The notes under the pieces are model-generated. The model did not search any database. It was given only the letters and a program-made list of their open reading frames with translations, and had not been told where the DNA came from. A program made the translations under genes and the position numbers. A stretch of 64,000 nucleotides of DNA from Takakia lepidozioides (lineage: Eukaryota > Plantae > Bryophyta). Where the stretch lies: positions 59,644,001 to 59,708,000 of the forward strand of contig CM060733.1 in NCBI GenBank assembly GCA_030704615.1, in the 5' to 3' direction. Below are positions 1 through 11,803 of this stretch, in pieces; position 1 is the stretch's first letter, and the number at the start of each line of letters is the position of its first letter.

Positions 1-47
1 ACCCCATGATGAGGCCAATCCAAGGACGATCGCGTACTGAACTCTAA

Positions 48-59
48 GCTCTGATACCA
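48..59 (-). other. Primer-binding site complementary to initiator tRNA-Met
   Basis: Plus strand GCTCTGATACCA = minus strand TGGTATCAGAGC, 2 nt inside the LTR at 62-780. Confidence 0.9.
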
Positions 60-61
60 AG

Positions 62-780
62 TGTCGCGCACCTCACTTCGGTAAGCTCCCCTCAAGTCAT
101 AGTTACTCGCTTTGATGCGCGCGCCTGACTCCCAACCTGGCCGCCGGGCCAACTTGGAGCTTCGGCTGCTCACCGGGGCATAACGGTCCCCTTTGTTCTC
201 CCAAGAAACCTCCACCGATTTGGAACCAGCAGGAATTCCCTTTGGTAGTGGCAATCCGGAACAGCTCCCCACTCTTTGGTCGCTTTCCGGCTCGCTCGCT
301 TACTCACTAGTTTTTGGTCACCAACGGGCTTGCACCGTTCTCGGGTTACTACTCCCTATATATACTTCTGTAGCTGTCCGCGGGGTTTCACAACCAACCA
401 TGCCATTTTATGGCGAACCACCACGAAAACCCTCGACTCCCGGTGATGAGTCGCGGTGAGTCTTGGCCCACTCACCACGGCCCCTATAGACCGTGATGAG
501 TCCCAAGACTCCCCACGACTCCCACCACGAGGTCTCCGCCCCCATGGTGAGTCCTATGCCACCCCCACTAAGTCCCGCTAAGCTACCACCACCCCTTGTG
601 GAGCCACCCCACCGCAACCCGGTGTGCGGGGCTCCACCTAGTGAGCGCCTCCGCCTCCTTGAGTGCTTTGGGCACTCAAGGGTGCTTCAGCCCCCCATAC
701 CTATCGCTGCCGCTGCCCCCACCACAGGGGCAACCCCATGTGTCCCGACCCCCCTGCCCTCAAGGCAAAGGGCCGCGACA
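62..780 (-). mobile_element. 5' LTR of a tRNA-iMet-primed LTR retrotransposon (internal region runs off the left edge), inserted into the Gypsy leader
   Basis: TGTCGCG...CGCGACA termini; adjacent iMet PBS; highly similar inverted copy at 3967-4693; sequence from 781 matches the Gypsy leader near 53414. Confidence 0.88.
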
Positions 781-2075
781 AGAGCCCTCTCAATGTTGAA
801 GCTCGAGATTGAAACCCAATCTCACCATACTCCACAAAGTGCATTGATTTGCCCCAAGCCAAATCAGCCCTTTCGCTTGGTCTTGCAATCCTTCACACAA
901 TGAAAGCTCGCATTCCCAAGTCCAGTTCTCAGCTTTGCCACCAAAGCCACTATAACCTGCTCTTGACTATCATCTTCCCAAGTGTGCTCATGCATGTACA
1001 TAATCTGAACCATCAAGGTGCTCTGGAATTACCTGCAGCATGGTGCTTTCATCTCTGAAGCTGAAGATCGAATGCCAAGGTCTACCACCTCGTAACCCAC
1101 ATCGCCTCCGCTTTTAACAACCAAGAGCTCACGGTGCTCCTTGCATAACAACTTGGTTCTCTCATTCTCAAGCAAAAAACCACAAGTGCTACAAACTAAC
1201 TCGTATCTGGACTCACAGATACGAGCTGATCTTTCTCGAGTGATAAAGAAGAAGAATACAAGCACAAGCTCATGCGAGCTCACAAAGCTGAAGCATAAAT
1301 TCATGCATATATAACCTCATCACTCAAATACAAGTCAAGCCAAGTGCACCCCACGCCATGGGAATCCACATACGGCGCCATAGCTAGGCGCGTGAGAGGC
1401 TCAACTCGAGAAAGATGAGCCTCCCGCACTTGCCGTGAAGATACCACTCCAGGGCCTAAATCTGTCTTGACCCCTGGATTGACACTTGGGCCAATCCCAA
1501 ATGTAATATGTAAAAGCTAGCTATTTCCTAGCTAGTTTCACACTAGTGGTAAAATAACTTGACAGCTGTCGTGCGCATACATATCGCTACACAACTGCAT
1601 CGCTGTCCAAAAACCACACAACACATGTGCACCACCACAAACTAGTATACCACTAGTCACACTAGGAAACCACTAGTCAACCACTAGGCTACAACTGTCA
1701 GTCACTAGGCTGCCACTATGATGCCACACTATGGCAGTCACTAGTCACACAATGATAAAGAAGAAGAATACAAGCACAAGCTCATGCGAGCTCACAAAGC
1801 TGAAGCAAATCATGCATATATAAACCTCATCACTCAAATACAAGTCAACCAAGTGCACCCACGCCATGGGGAATCCACACTACGGCGCCATAGCTAGGCG
1901 CGGTGAGGCTCAACTCGAGAAAGATGAGCCCCCGCAGTTTCCGTGAAGATAACCCACTCCAGGGCCTAAATCTGCCTTGACCCCTGGATTGACACTTGGG
2001 CCAATCCCAAATGTCAATATGTAAAAGCTAGCTATTTCCTAGCTAGTTTCACACTAGTGGTAAAATAACTTGACA
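781..2075 (-). mobile_element. 5' end of a second copy of the permuted-LTR Gypsy family: leader, full LTR (1241-1751), extra Y block (1753-2075)
   Basis: 781-1564 aligns with about 53414-54161; 1567-1751 aligns with block X (28924-29099); ends TTGACA at 2075 directly against MULE transposase coding sequence. Confidence 0.9.
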
Positions 2076-5000
2076 GTGCCATCAAAGTTTTCTTTTCAAA
2101 AATGTCGACTGTTGGGGATGGCAGTGGGGTTAGCCTCGTGAAGCGGATGCAGAAGACTGGGGACTTGCAGAACTGTTTTCTTATGTTTGATCATGTGAAA
2201 CAAGTGAAGGATTGGACGATAATGGCTTGTCATGTCTACGATCACCAACGAGTTATGACAATTGCAGTTTGTGACATGCAATCCGAGGATACGGAATCCC
2301 AGAAGATATGTGGAATTCCCTGATACGTGTCATGGGCTGCCATCTCCAAATTTTGCAGGTTTCATGGCGGATAGTGCTCAAGCAAATTTCAATGCTGTTC
2401 GTATTGTCTTCGGATCGGGCGACCCAAAAGTGCCAATGCGAGGAAGAGAGCGTACATGTCTATTCCATTGGACACAATCTCTGGAAAAACATACAAAGTC
2501 GGACATCAAACCAGAGATGCACACTCAGCACCGTAAATTGTGCAAAGAGTACAAAGATGCTAGAACAATGAAAGAGGCGGACACTTTGTTCCAGACAATT
2601 CGTGCCTGGTGGTTCTCTTCTGGAGCTGCATCACTTGAGAGTATGAGAGCATTGGAAGATTGGCTGGCGTTTTTGGCACTTCCGGTATAGACAGTGGGGA
2701 GCAGCCATGCCAGTGGTACGAGGCTTTTATGTTCTTGCTTTATTCATACATTACTTTCCATTTTATGGTGTTCCTCGCTTTCTTTATGTTGTTTCTGTTC
2801 ACAGTTTTGAAGTGTGGTTCTCCACTTTGCAGAACATGTCCATTGAGGAAATGGCGGACATGTCATCTTGCAATTTGGCAGAAACTGTGCACAATGCATG
2901 GTTGCAGCAGTCTGGGAAACGAGGTCGGAATTTGTATGTGGCAACAACAGATGATTTGATACGTGCCTTGCAACAACAAACCGATACCGTGATTTCTTAC
3001 GAGGTGGGGTTGGTGACAAGGGTCCGGACAAATGGGAGTTGATGTTGCGTGCTGCAAACAGATCTGGGGATCCAATCAAGATAGCACGGGTGGTGAGCAT
3101 GTATGCCCAGGGAACGCCACTTGTTTTCTAGAGTTCCACATCTTGAAGGGGAGGAGAGATTCGGCTCCTGTAAGAGGAAATTGAACACTCCACCTGGTTC
3201 GGATTCCGATTCGCACAGGGCAGACCGTGATAACTTCTCGAAGCCTTGTGTTCCCCTGCATGACATCTCCATGTCCGGAACCTCCATTGTGGAGGAACCT
3301 CCAACACGACGGCAAGCTCCAGCATCAAACAGTGCCACTGAAATGGTGCAGGAGAGAAACAACCCCCTTGATGTGCTTGAGTCCGCATGCCCCGACCACG
3401 TTTGGCACATAGAACGCACAAGTGTAGGGTCTCGTGTGAAATGTACAGCGATTAGGGCAACTAATTTCGAGAAGTGCACTTGACCTATATCCAGAGGTGG
3501 AAACTCCTGCTCCCGACTTCACGGGTTTGATGCGTCCATACGGTCAACCAGAAGCCAAGAACCACAAGTTCTGGTTCTGCGCAGATAATTGTGCCAGATG
3601 TGTGCATGGAACTGTGCGTCCTTCCGTAGTGATGAAGCCATCTCCTCCAACCGTTTGGCCCGTGAAGGTGGGAACACATCTCAGATTTCAGGAGATTGAA
3701 ATGCTGGAGGAGGCAAGCTTTTCCCTTGCGAGACAACCCCAACTCCATGCATGTGCTACTACTTCTGCGTCCTCTTGGGTCCCCCTGGCAAATCCTGACT
3801 TGTGGCCAACCAAACGAGATAGAAAGCTCGTTCGCGTTTCCCTCCAACCGCTGAACACTTTGGCAAAGTGGAGTCCGCAAGAATGCTCCAAACTCGTGTT
3901 GGAAGCACCACGGAAGTACCCGATCCCGGATATGGTCGGGTATTCATAATCATCACTTCCACATCTTGTCGCGGCCCTTTGCCTTGAGGGCAGGGGGTCG
4001 GGACACAAGAGGGGCTGCCCCTGTGGTGGGGGTAGTGGCTGCGATAGGTATGGGGGGGCTGAAGCACCCTTGAGTGCCCAAAGCACTCAAGGAGGCGGAG
4101 GCGCTCACTAGGTGGAGCCCCGCACACCGGGTTGCGGTGGGGGTGGCTCCACAATGGGTGGTGGTAGCTTAGCGGGACTTAGTGGGGGTGGCATAGGACT
4201 CACCCTGGGCGCGGAGACCTTGTGGTGGGAGTAATGGGGGAGTCTTGGGACTCATCACGGTCCATAGGGGCCGTAGTGGGTGGGCCAAGACTCACCGCGA
4301 CTAATCACCGGGAGTCGAGGGTGTTCGTGGTGGTTCGCCATAAAATGACATGGTTGTTTGTGAAACCCCTGCGGACAGCTACAGAAGTATATATAGGGAG
4401 TAGTAACCCCGAGAACGGTGCAAGCCCATTGGTGTCCAAAAACTAGTGAGTAGCGAGCGAGCCGGAAAGCGACCAAAGAGTGGGGAGCTGTTCCGGACTG
4501 CCAACTACCAAAGGGAATTCCGCTGGTTCCAAATCGTTGGAGGGTTCTTTGGGAGATCAAAGGGGGACCGTTATGCCCCGGTGAGCAGCCGAAGCTCCAA
4601 GTTGGCCCGGCGGCCAGGTTGGGAGTTAGGCGCGCGCATCAAGCGAGTAACTATGACTTGAGGGGAGAGCTTACCGAAGTGAGGTGCGCGACACATCTGC
4701 TGTTCATGACAGGACCTACGACATCACGGTTTCCAATTTCCCCAATTGCACATGTCCTGATTTTGTGAATATGCTATCAACCAGTTTGGGCAAGAGAGGT
4801 AAATTCATACCTTGCAAACATTTGTTTTCATATTTTTGAAGATGATGGTTTGCGATCCCAAAAGTGACAACTTCATTCACCAGGCCACTATGAGTTTCAA
4901 CGAGGTCGATACTTTCTATTGCAGCGGGATACAACATGGGTAACATCAACTATGCAATGTGGTATGTGGACGACCATGATTTGAAATGTGTAATTCACAT

Positions 5001-5543
5001 CAATTCGTCGGCGGTGCAATGATATGGCCTCCAACTATACGGAGTGAGCTCTGAGTGGCAACTTTTAAAACACACATTTGTCATTGCACCGTTTGAAGTC
5101 TACATGTCTTGCTGTCGCTATGCACTACAATCATCTTTTTTGAAGATGATCCTAACTCTCATTGTTATTTGAGGAGGAGGAGGAGGTCTTCCCGTGGCAG
5201 CCTCTGTGGCGCACACTTTGTGAGGAGGATATTTTCTCGTCCTCGTAATTGTAAAGTGAAACAAACATTGTAATTGCACAATGTTGGATGTTACAATTGT
5301 AGGCCTCATGGTAGTCTTGATTCTATTTAGGCAAGATTCCCTGCATTAATTCCATGGTCATAGGACCATCCTCGGTTATAGGCGGCGCATGTTAATGCTG
5401 ACGTGGCAGATGACGGACAGTGCCACGTCATCATTTGCCACCACATCAGCATGCTGACATGACGTTCATGCCACGTCAGCGTGGGTGTAGGCTCATGCCA
5501 CGTCACTCCTGCATGAGCGTACGCTCACGCCATTGCGTCGTTG
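2076..5543 (+). mobile_element. Right half of a decayed MULE (transposase pseudogene and right terminus), same family as 38422-50444
   Basis: Frameshifted peptides FLMFDHVK, FMADSAQANFNAVR, CLFHW, CNLAETVHNAW and a SWIM remnant near 4745-4825 match the 46454-50025 transposase, with the same intron position; subterminal GCCACGTCA/GCTCACG motifs; end placed 14 nt after the last GCTCACG. Confidence 0.85.
3967..4693 (+). mobile_element. Solo LTR with 5-bp TSD CATCT, inserted in the MULE transposase
   Basis: TGTCGCG...CGCGACA; CATCT at 3962-3966 and 4694-4698; reverse complement of 62-780. Confidence 0.93.
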
Positions 5544-5950
5544 TGCCCAATGTGAGGGTGGCCTAAAGACAATATCTATTTTATGCTACAATGTCGGGGG
5601 GATTCTCATCAGGCTGAGCCTGAAACACTGACCCTCTCTGACCTTTTTTTTGTGAAAAATTGAACGTAGTTATCAGAATTCGTCGCTAGTAGTGCGGAGC
5701 AACGCGAAGCCCTAATATACAGATTTTAGAATGGTTTATTATTCGATAATTGACACTGACTTGATGGTATAGAGCATAGATCTTGGGTGGTAAAGATTCT
5801 GGGATCAAACTTTGCACGCCCCAAAATTTGTCCGTTTTTATAGAAATTAGGAAGAAAAACATGAGTTCCATACAGAAAACACAATTTGAAATTAGTGGAA
5901 CAAAGGTTTCAGGATTTTTTTTTATTTGGGTCGTTCATTTTTGGGATTTG

Positions 5951-7079
5951 GTAACGATAACATCTCTTATGGAAAATACTTAACAACTAAGCGACTCTGA
6001 GCAAGATAACCTCCCAACCTTAGAGACCTCTCTCCCCTGCTTGTTAAAGAGTAAATGATCCCTCTTGGTGCTAAGATTGCCTTGCTTGGATTTCCACAGA
6101 ATGTACCTAGTGCAGCAGACTCGTTTGTAATTCAGATGCAAGAGCAGCTAGCAAGTGCAAGGTCGCATATCCGTAAGGCCTCAGATCGGGCTAAGAGTTA
6201 TGTGGATAAGAAACGCACGTTCAGGAAATTCAAGGTGGGGAACAAAGTATTCCTATTGATACCATCACCTTCACTTACCCTTGTGAAAGGGAAAGGTAAG
6301 AAGAAGGGTAAGAAGTTATCTCCTCGATATTGTGGACCTTGGCTGATTGTGAAACGCATTAACGATGTGGCATGTAAGCTACAGTTTCCAGAGTCATGTA
6401 AGGTACATCCAGTGTTTCATGTCAGTAAGCTCAAGAGATACTTACATGATGGGGATAATTTGGTAGAATGAACTATACTTTTACAGGAAGGGTCAGAGAG
6501 TGACCAACACGGACCTTGGCGGATTTTGGACAAAAGATAACACCGATTGCGTAGTCGTCTCATCAATGAGTGTTTGGTTGCATGGCATGGGCTTTCTTTA
6601 ACTGATGCTACTTGGGAGTCTGAGCAAACACTGAGATGGAAATACCCAGACTTTGTCATTGAGGACAATGACTAAGCTTCGAAGGGGTAGAGAATGTCAC
6701 AGCCTAGATTAGCAAAGGTCAGTTATGGGCTTAAGTAAGCCATAAATAGTAAAAGTATAAGAAAGGCTTTAAGCAAAGCTATATACAATAAAAGTATATG
6801 TATAGACTTAAGCAAAGTCAAGATTGGCAAAAGTCTAAAAGAAGGCTAGAGCCAAGTAAAGCAAAAAGTAAGCTATAAGATCATGAAGGGATGTCAGGAA
6901 TAGCTACAGCCTAGTCAGAGAGAGATGATCAGACGTGGTTACTCTGAGTCTTGAGAGCAAGGCAATCTTAGCACCAAGAGGGATCATGTACTCTTTAGCA
7001 AACATGCAAGAGGGTCTCAGGTTATCTTGCTCAGAGTCGCTTAGTTGTTAAGTACTTTCCATAAGATGTGATCGTTACA
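5951..7079 (+). mobile_element. Chromovirus (Ty3/Gypsy) 3' remnant: integrase C-terminus, chromodomain, PPT (6681-6694), LTR (6695-7079), preceded by an inverted copy of the LTR 3' end
   Basis: KLSPRYCGPW...VHPVFHVSKLK (GPY/F module); decayed chromodomain CLVAWHG...ATWESE; GAAGGGGTAGAGAA then TGTCAC...GTTACA; 5951-6086 is an inverted repeat of 6956-7079. Confidence 0.8.
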
Positions 7080-7508
7080 TTTCTTTAATTTAGGTCATAT
7101 TTATTCGATTTTACAAAAATTAATGCTCGAAAAAATAAAGTCTTTCATTTAGGCCATTCATTTAGGTCATTATATATTCGGTTTGCAGAAATTAATGGTC
7201 CAAAACAAAAGTCTTCCATTTTAGGTCTTTTTTATTGGGTCGTTCATTTTTGGATCTTTCATTTAGGTCATATTTATTCGATTTTATACAAATTAATGGT
7301 CGAAAACAAAAGTCTTTCATTTTGGTCTTTCTTTTTTTAGGTCTTTCATTTAGGTCATTCATTTAGGTCATATTTATTCGGTTTTTTTAAGAGTACCCTT
7401 GTGAGATCATACCACCATTTCATAGCCCTCCAGTACTCAACTTCTTTTACAAAGATACGATCAACATTTTCTTGCAAAGATTTCAGTTTTTTGCCTGATT
7501 TCAAGCAG

Positions 7509-8444
7509 AATATGAGCGCAGTAGTTTCGTAAGGGAGCTGCTACATATGCACTTTCAAAAAATATTGGAGCAACTTAGAGTGGTGACGTGCGCCTGGTCA
7601 AACTTCCTTGCACTATTTTTGCTCCTGTTCTGGATTATGACAAATGTGCCACTTTGCAGCGATTGCATAATGCCCACATAGCCCATAGAAGACACGACAT
7701 AGCTACCCAGGTAATGACCTCTTTGTATTTTCAAAGTACTATCATCTTTACATTTATTTGCAAATACATTTTCTTCTCATCTCTAACACTTTTGTTGTTT
7801 TTTTGGTTTTCAGGTTACAAGGCTTTTCTACAATAAAAGCTGCCATTGACAGACTTCAGTTTTCAGTTATACAAATTTCAGTTTTCAGTTTTACAGACTT
7901 TAGTTTTCAGTTTTTCAGTTTTAGCAAGATTTTAAGCCAGTTAGACACATCAGTTAATTTTTCAGCTACAATTTTTTTCTCTTTCAGTTTTACAGATTTT
8001 AGTTTTCAGTTTTGCAAAACTTATTGATCCAAACATTAATAGTGAAAACTGAAAATTGAAATTTGTATAATTGAAAACTTAAGTCTGTAATAACTCATAT
8101 CAATGGCAGCTTCCACAATAATGAAAATCCTTGTAACCTGAAAACCAGAAAGAAAGGCAAAGATTGTTAGAGATGAGAAGAAAATGTATTTGCAAATAAA
8201 TGTAAAGATGACAGTACTTTGAAAAACAAAGAGGTCATTACTTGGGCAGCTATACCGTGTCCTCCATGGGCTGTGTGGGCCTTATGCAATCGCAAAGCGA
8301 CACATTTGTCATAATCCAGAACATGAGCAAAAATGCAAGGAAGTTTGTCCAGGCGCATGTCACCACTTTGAGTTGCTCCAATATTTTTGAAAAGTCCATA
8401 TGTAGCAGCTCCTTACGAAAACTGTTGCACTAATCGCTCATATT
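7509..8444. repeat. Long imperfect inverted repeat (arms about 7509-7890 and 8044-8444)
   Basis: Arms align as reverse complements; ORFs 7588(+) and 8167(-) give near-identical peptides. Confidence 0.8.
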
Positions 8445-8939
8445 ACTATTACCGACAACTAGCATGATGTGGTTGTGGCCCGGTTGTGGGTTCAACCCAC
8501 GGTCTGGTGTGTTATGAAGGTGTCTACTTTTCAGCTGGAAGTAGTAGCTCTTGGTGAAGAGATACCATAAGTTACATTCCCTTCGGGAGACGTCATACTC
8601 TCTCTTCACTCTCTTTACTATTACCATTAATATGGATATAGATATAGACTTAATATTTAGAGCCTCATAATTTGTAACGTGTACACAATTACCATTATAT
8701 TGTCGGAGACTGTTTATTTGATTCGGTTGCTTATTTGTTGTATGATGAAATATCATCCAAAGATCTATGTCGTCAAAACATGAAACATTTTCTACAAACT
8801 TTACAATCGCCTATTGATGAAATGGCCGAAATGATTCAGATCCACTTTTCTTCGAAAGCCCTCCCTGAAGCCCTCTATGGTGTTCATACAATCGAAAAAT
8901 TTGTTCAAAAAATGTCCAATAGTGTTGTTTGTGGAGGTT

Positions 8940-9290
8940 TGGAAGGTTTCAGCTTTACAGACCTCAGTTTTCAGTTTATAGCAAAAATTTTCAACCATAT
9001 AGACTTCAATTTCCAATTTTACAGACCTCAGTTTTCAGTTTTATGGCAAGATTTTCAGTCAGTCCTTCAGACATCTCAGTTAAATTTTTAGCTACCATTG
9101 ATTTCAATTTTATAGACTTCAGTTCTCAATTTTATAGATTTCAGTTTTCAGTTTTACAGACCTCAATTTTCAGTTTACAGCAAGATTTTCAGCCAGTCCT
9201 TCAGACATCTCAGTTAATTTCTTAACTACCATTGATTTCAGTTTTACAGACTTTTAGTTTTCAGTTTTGCAAACTTCAGATTTTTAATTT
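8940..9290. repeat. Low-complexity TTTCAG-based degenerate repeat
   Basis: Many copies of CAGTTTT/TTTACAGAC; the same motif occurs at 7855-8015. Confidence 0.6.
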
Positions 9291-10137
9291 ACACCTAACC
9301 AACAATGTATATTAGGAGTTATAGAGGCATACTGGACACATCACAAACATATATAGCTTTCAAACTACCAAACCATGTTGTTAAATATTCCCTTCAGTTC
9401 CATTATATTCATTTTCTTTCATTTATCAGAAATGACTTCCACATTCAATTTTATCTTTTTTGCATTTTTTTCTTGCATTTAATTTATTATCATCAGGACT
9501 GCCAACACTACCGTTTCAGTTTTGTGATTAGGGTGGAGCCATTACGCGACTAGCCGATTGTTTATAATTATTGAAGGGAAAAAATTAAACCCTTACAAGC
9601 TTGGAGGCTGCCGCCCATGTGGCCTAGACACACGGGGATTGTGAAGGAGATACTTTTTAGAGCAGTAAACAGAGACAATAAACCCCTGAATGTCCGAGGG
9701 CCGGCATTGAAGCTAGAGGAACACGAGCAAAGAACGATGTAAGCCTTCAAGAAGCAAATAACCCTAGAGCAAAGGAGGAGATCAAGCATTGCATAAAGAA
9801 AGGCTGAGGGTGGAGATGGCCCAACAACAAACTAATCTATCTATGGAAATGAAGCTTAGACCATATGACATGGTTGTGTGAAAGGTAAAAAATCTCTCGA
9901 CATGTCATGTGAAAGGCATTTTCTCAAAGTTGCCTATCGTGAAAGTAAAAACATAATTAATCTGTCACAAAAAAGGTCGGGCCACCTGTCAAAAAACAAC
10001 GCTCCATCCCCTCCTTGGGAGTGGGGACATACAGCAAGGCTGCGGGACTTCGACCCCCGGATCTCTGGCCTACGCCGTCAGGTTCTGTGAACGGACATCC
10101 AACCCAGTCTGGACGTCGTCCTTCAGGTGTACCGGCT

Positions 10138-10545
10138 TGACCTTTATGAGAGATGCGATTGTACGCAATCTGTTGATTTTTTAAGGCCTTAGATGTCAAT
10201 ATTGTCAGTGGCGTGGATGTCCCAATTCTCTCCAGTAGTCATCTGCACGTGGCAGGAAAGCAGGTATGTTCATATGACCTTTATGAGAGATGCGATCATA
10301 CGCAATCTGTTGATTTTCAAGGCCTTAGATGTCAATATTTTCAACGGGTGGATGTCCCAATTCTCTGAGCAGTAGTCATCTGCACGTGGCAGGAAAGCAG
10401 GTATGTTCATATGACCTTTATGAGAGATGCGATCATACGCAATCTGTTGATTTTCAAGGCCTTAGATGTCAATATTTTCAACGGTGTGGATGTTCCAATT
10501 CTCTGGGCAGTAGGACATCTGCACGTGGCAGGAAAGCATGTATGT
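10138..10545. repeat. Three tandem ~136-bp repeats
   Basis: GACCTTTATGAGAGATGCGAT...CTGCACGTGGCAGGAAAGCA recurs at about 10138, 10276 and 10412. Confidence 0.85.
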
Positions 10546-10583
10546 TCGTATGTTCTTGTCTTGTCGTCTTCTGGAGGGAGAGA

Positions 10584-10614
10584 CGAGAGAGAGAGAGAGA
10601 GAGAGAGTGTGTGT
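10584..10614. repeat. (GA)n(GT)n microsatellite
   Basis: Direct reading. Confidence 0.85.
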
Positions 10615-11803
10615 GGAGGCAAAGGATTGGAGTGTGAAGGATCTGGATTTGCTTGGAATCCATTGGAATGGAGATGGTGGTGGGGATGGGGCTGCGGTGG
10701 GGCCGGAGGAAGCAAGCTTTGTTTCTTGTTTCTTCCACACGAGCTGCCTAGTATTCTGCACAGGCTTGCTATTTCCTGGATAGACCGGGGAAAGTGATGG
10801 CGCAGAAGTAGGGAAAGAATTAAGGGAGTGGAGGGAAGGGTTGGCGGGTAGCGTGCACTCACGGATCTCCAGGTCCGAAGATTCGGGTGTGTGGGACCCC
10901 CCGCCGTCATCGTCTCATTGAAGTCGGAGGGGCGGTCTGTCGTTGCTAGCTTTCCAATCGGGAGAGGCTCAAGGGTTTGCTTTGCTCACACATGCTAGCC
11001 CGATGCATCAGGTGCGTTCGCATTTGTTCTGCTGCTGCGTAGCAGTATTCGGGGTTTTGTGGATTTCCACCAGTGTTCTGTTGTTCTTGGGGAGCTCATT
11101 CCGGACACAGTTCGTGCTTGGTTGAGCCTGAAAACAGCGCAAGAGACTGCCCCCCACTGGATGGGCCCCATAGGAGCGCAGACGGCTGTAGGCTGAAGAT
11201 TGCAAAGCGCTGTGCAGTAGTGCGACTTATTTTAGGATGGTGGTCAATCTCATGTGCTAGATTCTCTCTGTGGATTGCACTGTAGTATGCCCTTTCGTCT
11301 GCTGAGAATTCGGTTTCAATGTCCTATGGCAGCTATCCGATTCTGCAGTAGCAGCTACGCATCCGCTTTTGCTAACAAAGGTTGAACTTTTGCACCTGCG
11401 CTTGTGTTCTGCACGCTGCTACAAACTACCCCTTTCGACCATCTATAACGTGTTACTCAATGAAGGTTGAGCATTTCGCCTATTATCATATACGTTACAC
11501 ACCATAGTTGTGCTTATTGTCAGCGTGTACATACATATCACAATTGGTTGTTTTTTGTTTTTTTTGTGTGTGTCTGTCCGTCAGCATGTGCAGGCCTCCA
11601 TATGTCTTCTGCTTGCAACCCAAGGTGTGTTAATGTTCTGTACTGTTTTCAGGCAGAAGAGAAATACTTGGATCTCTTCCCATCGGCTGGCAACACATGG
11701 CAACCCAGAATCCACACATTCATTTTTTGAGCTTTGAAGAAAACTCTGGGAGCCTCTTGCCACTTCTTCCATCTCAAGGTAGAGTGGAGAGAGTCCCAGA
11801 GAA

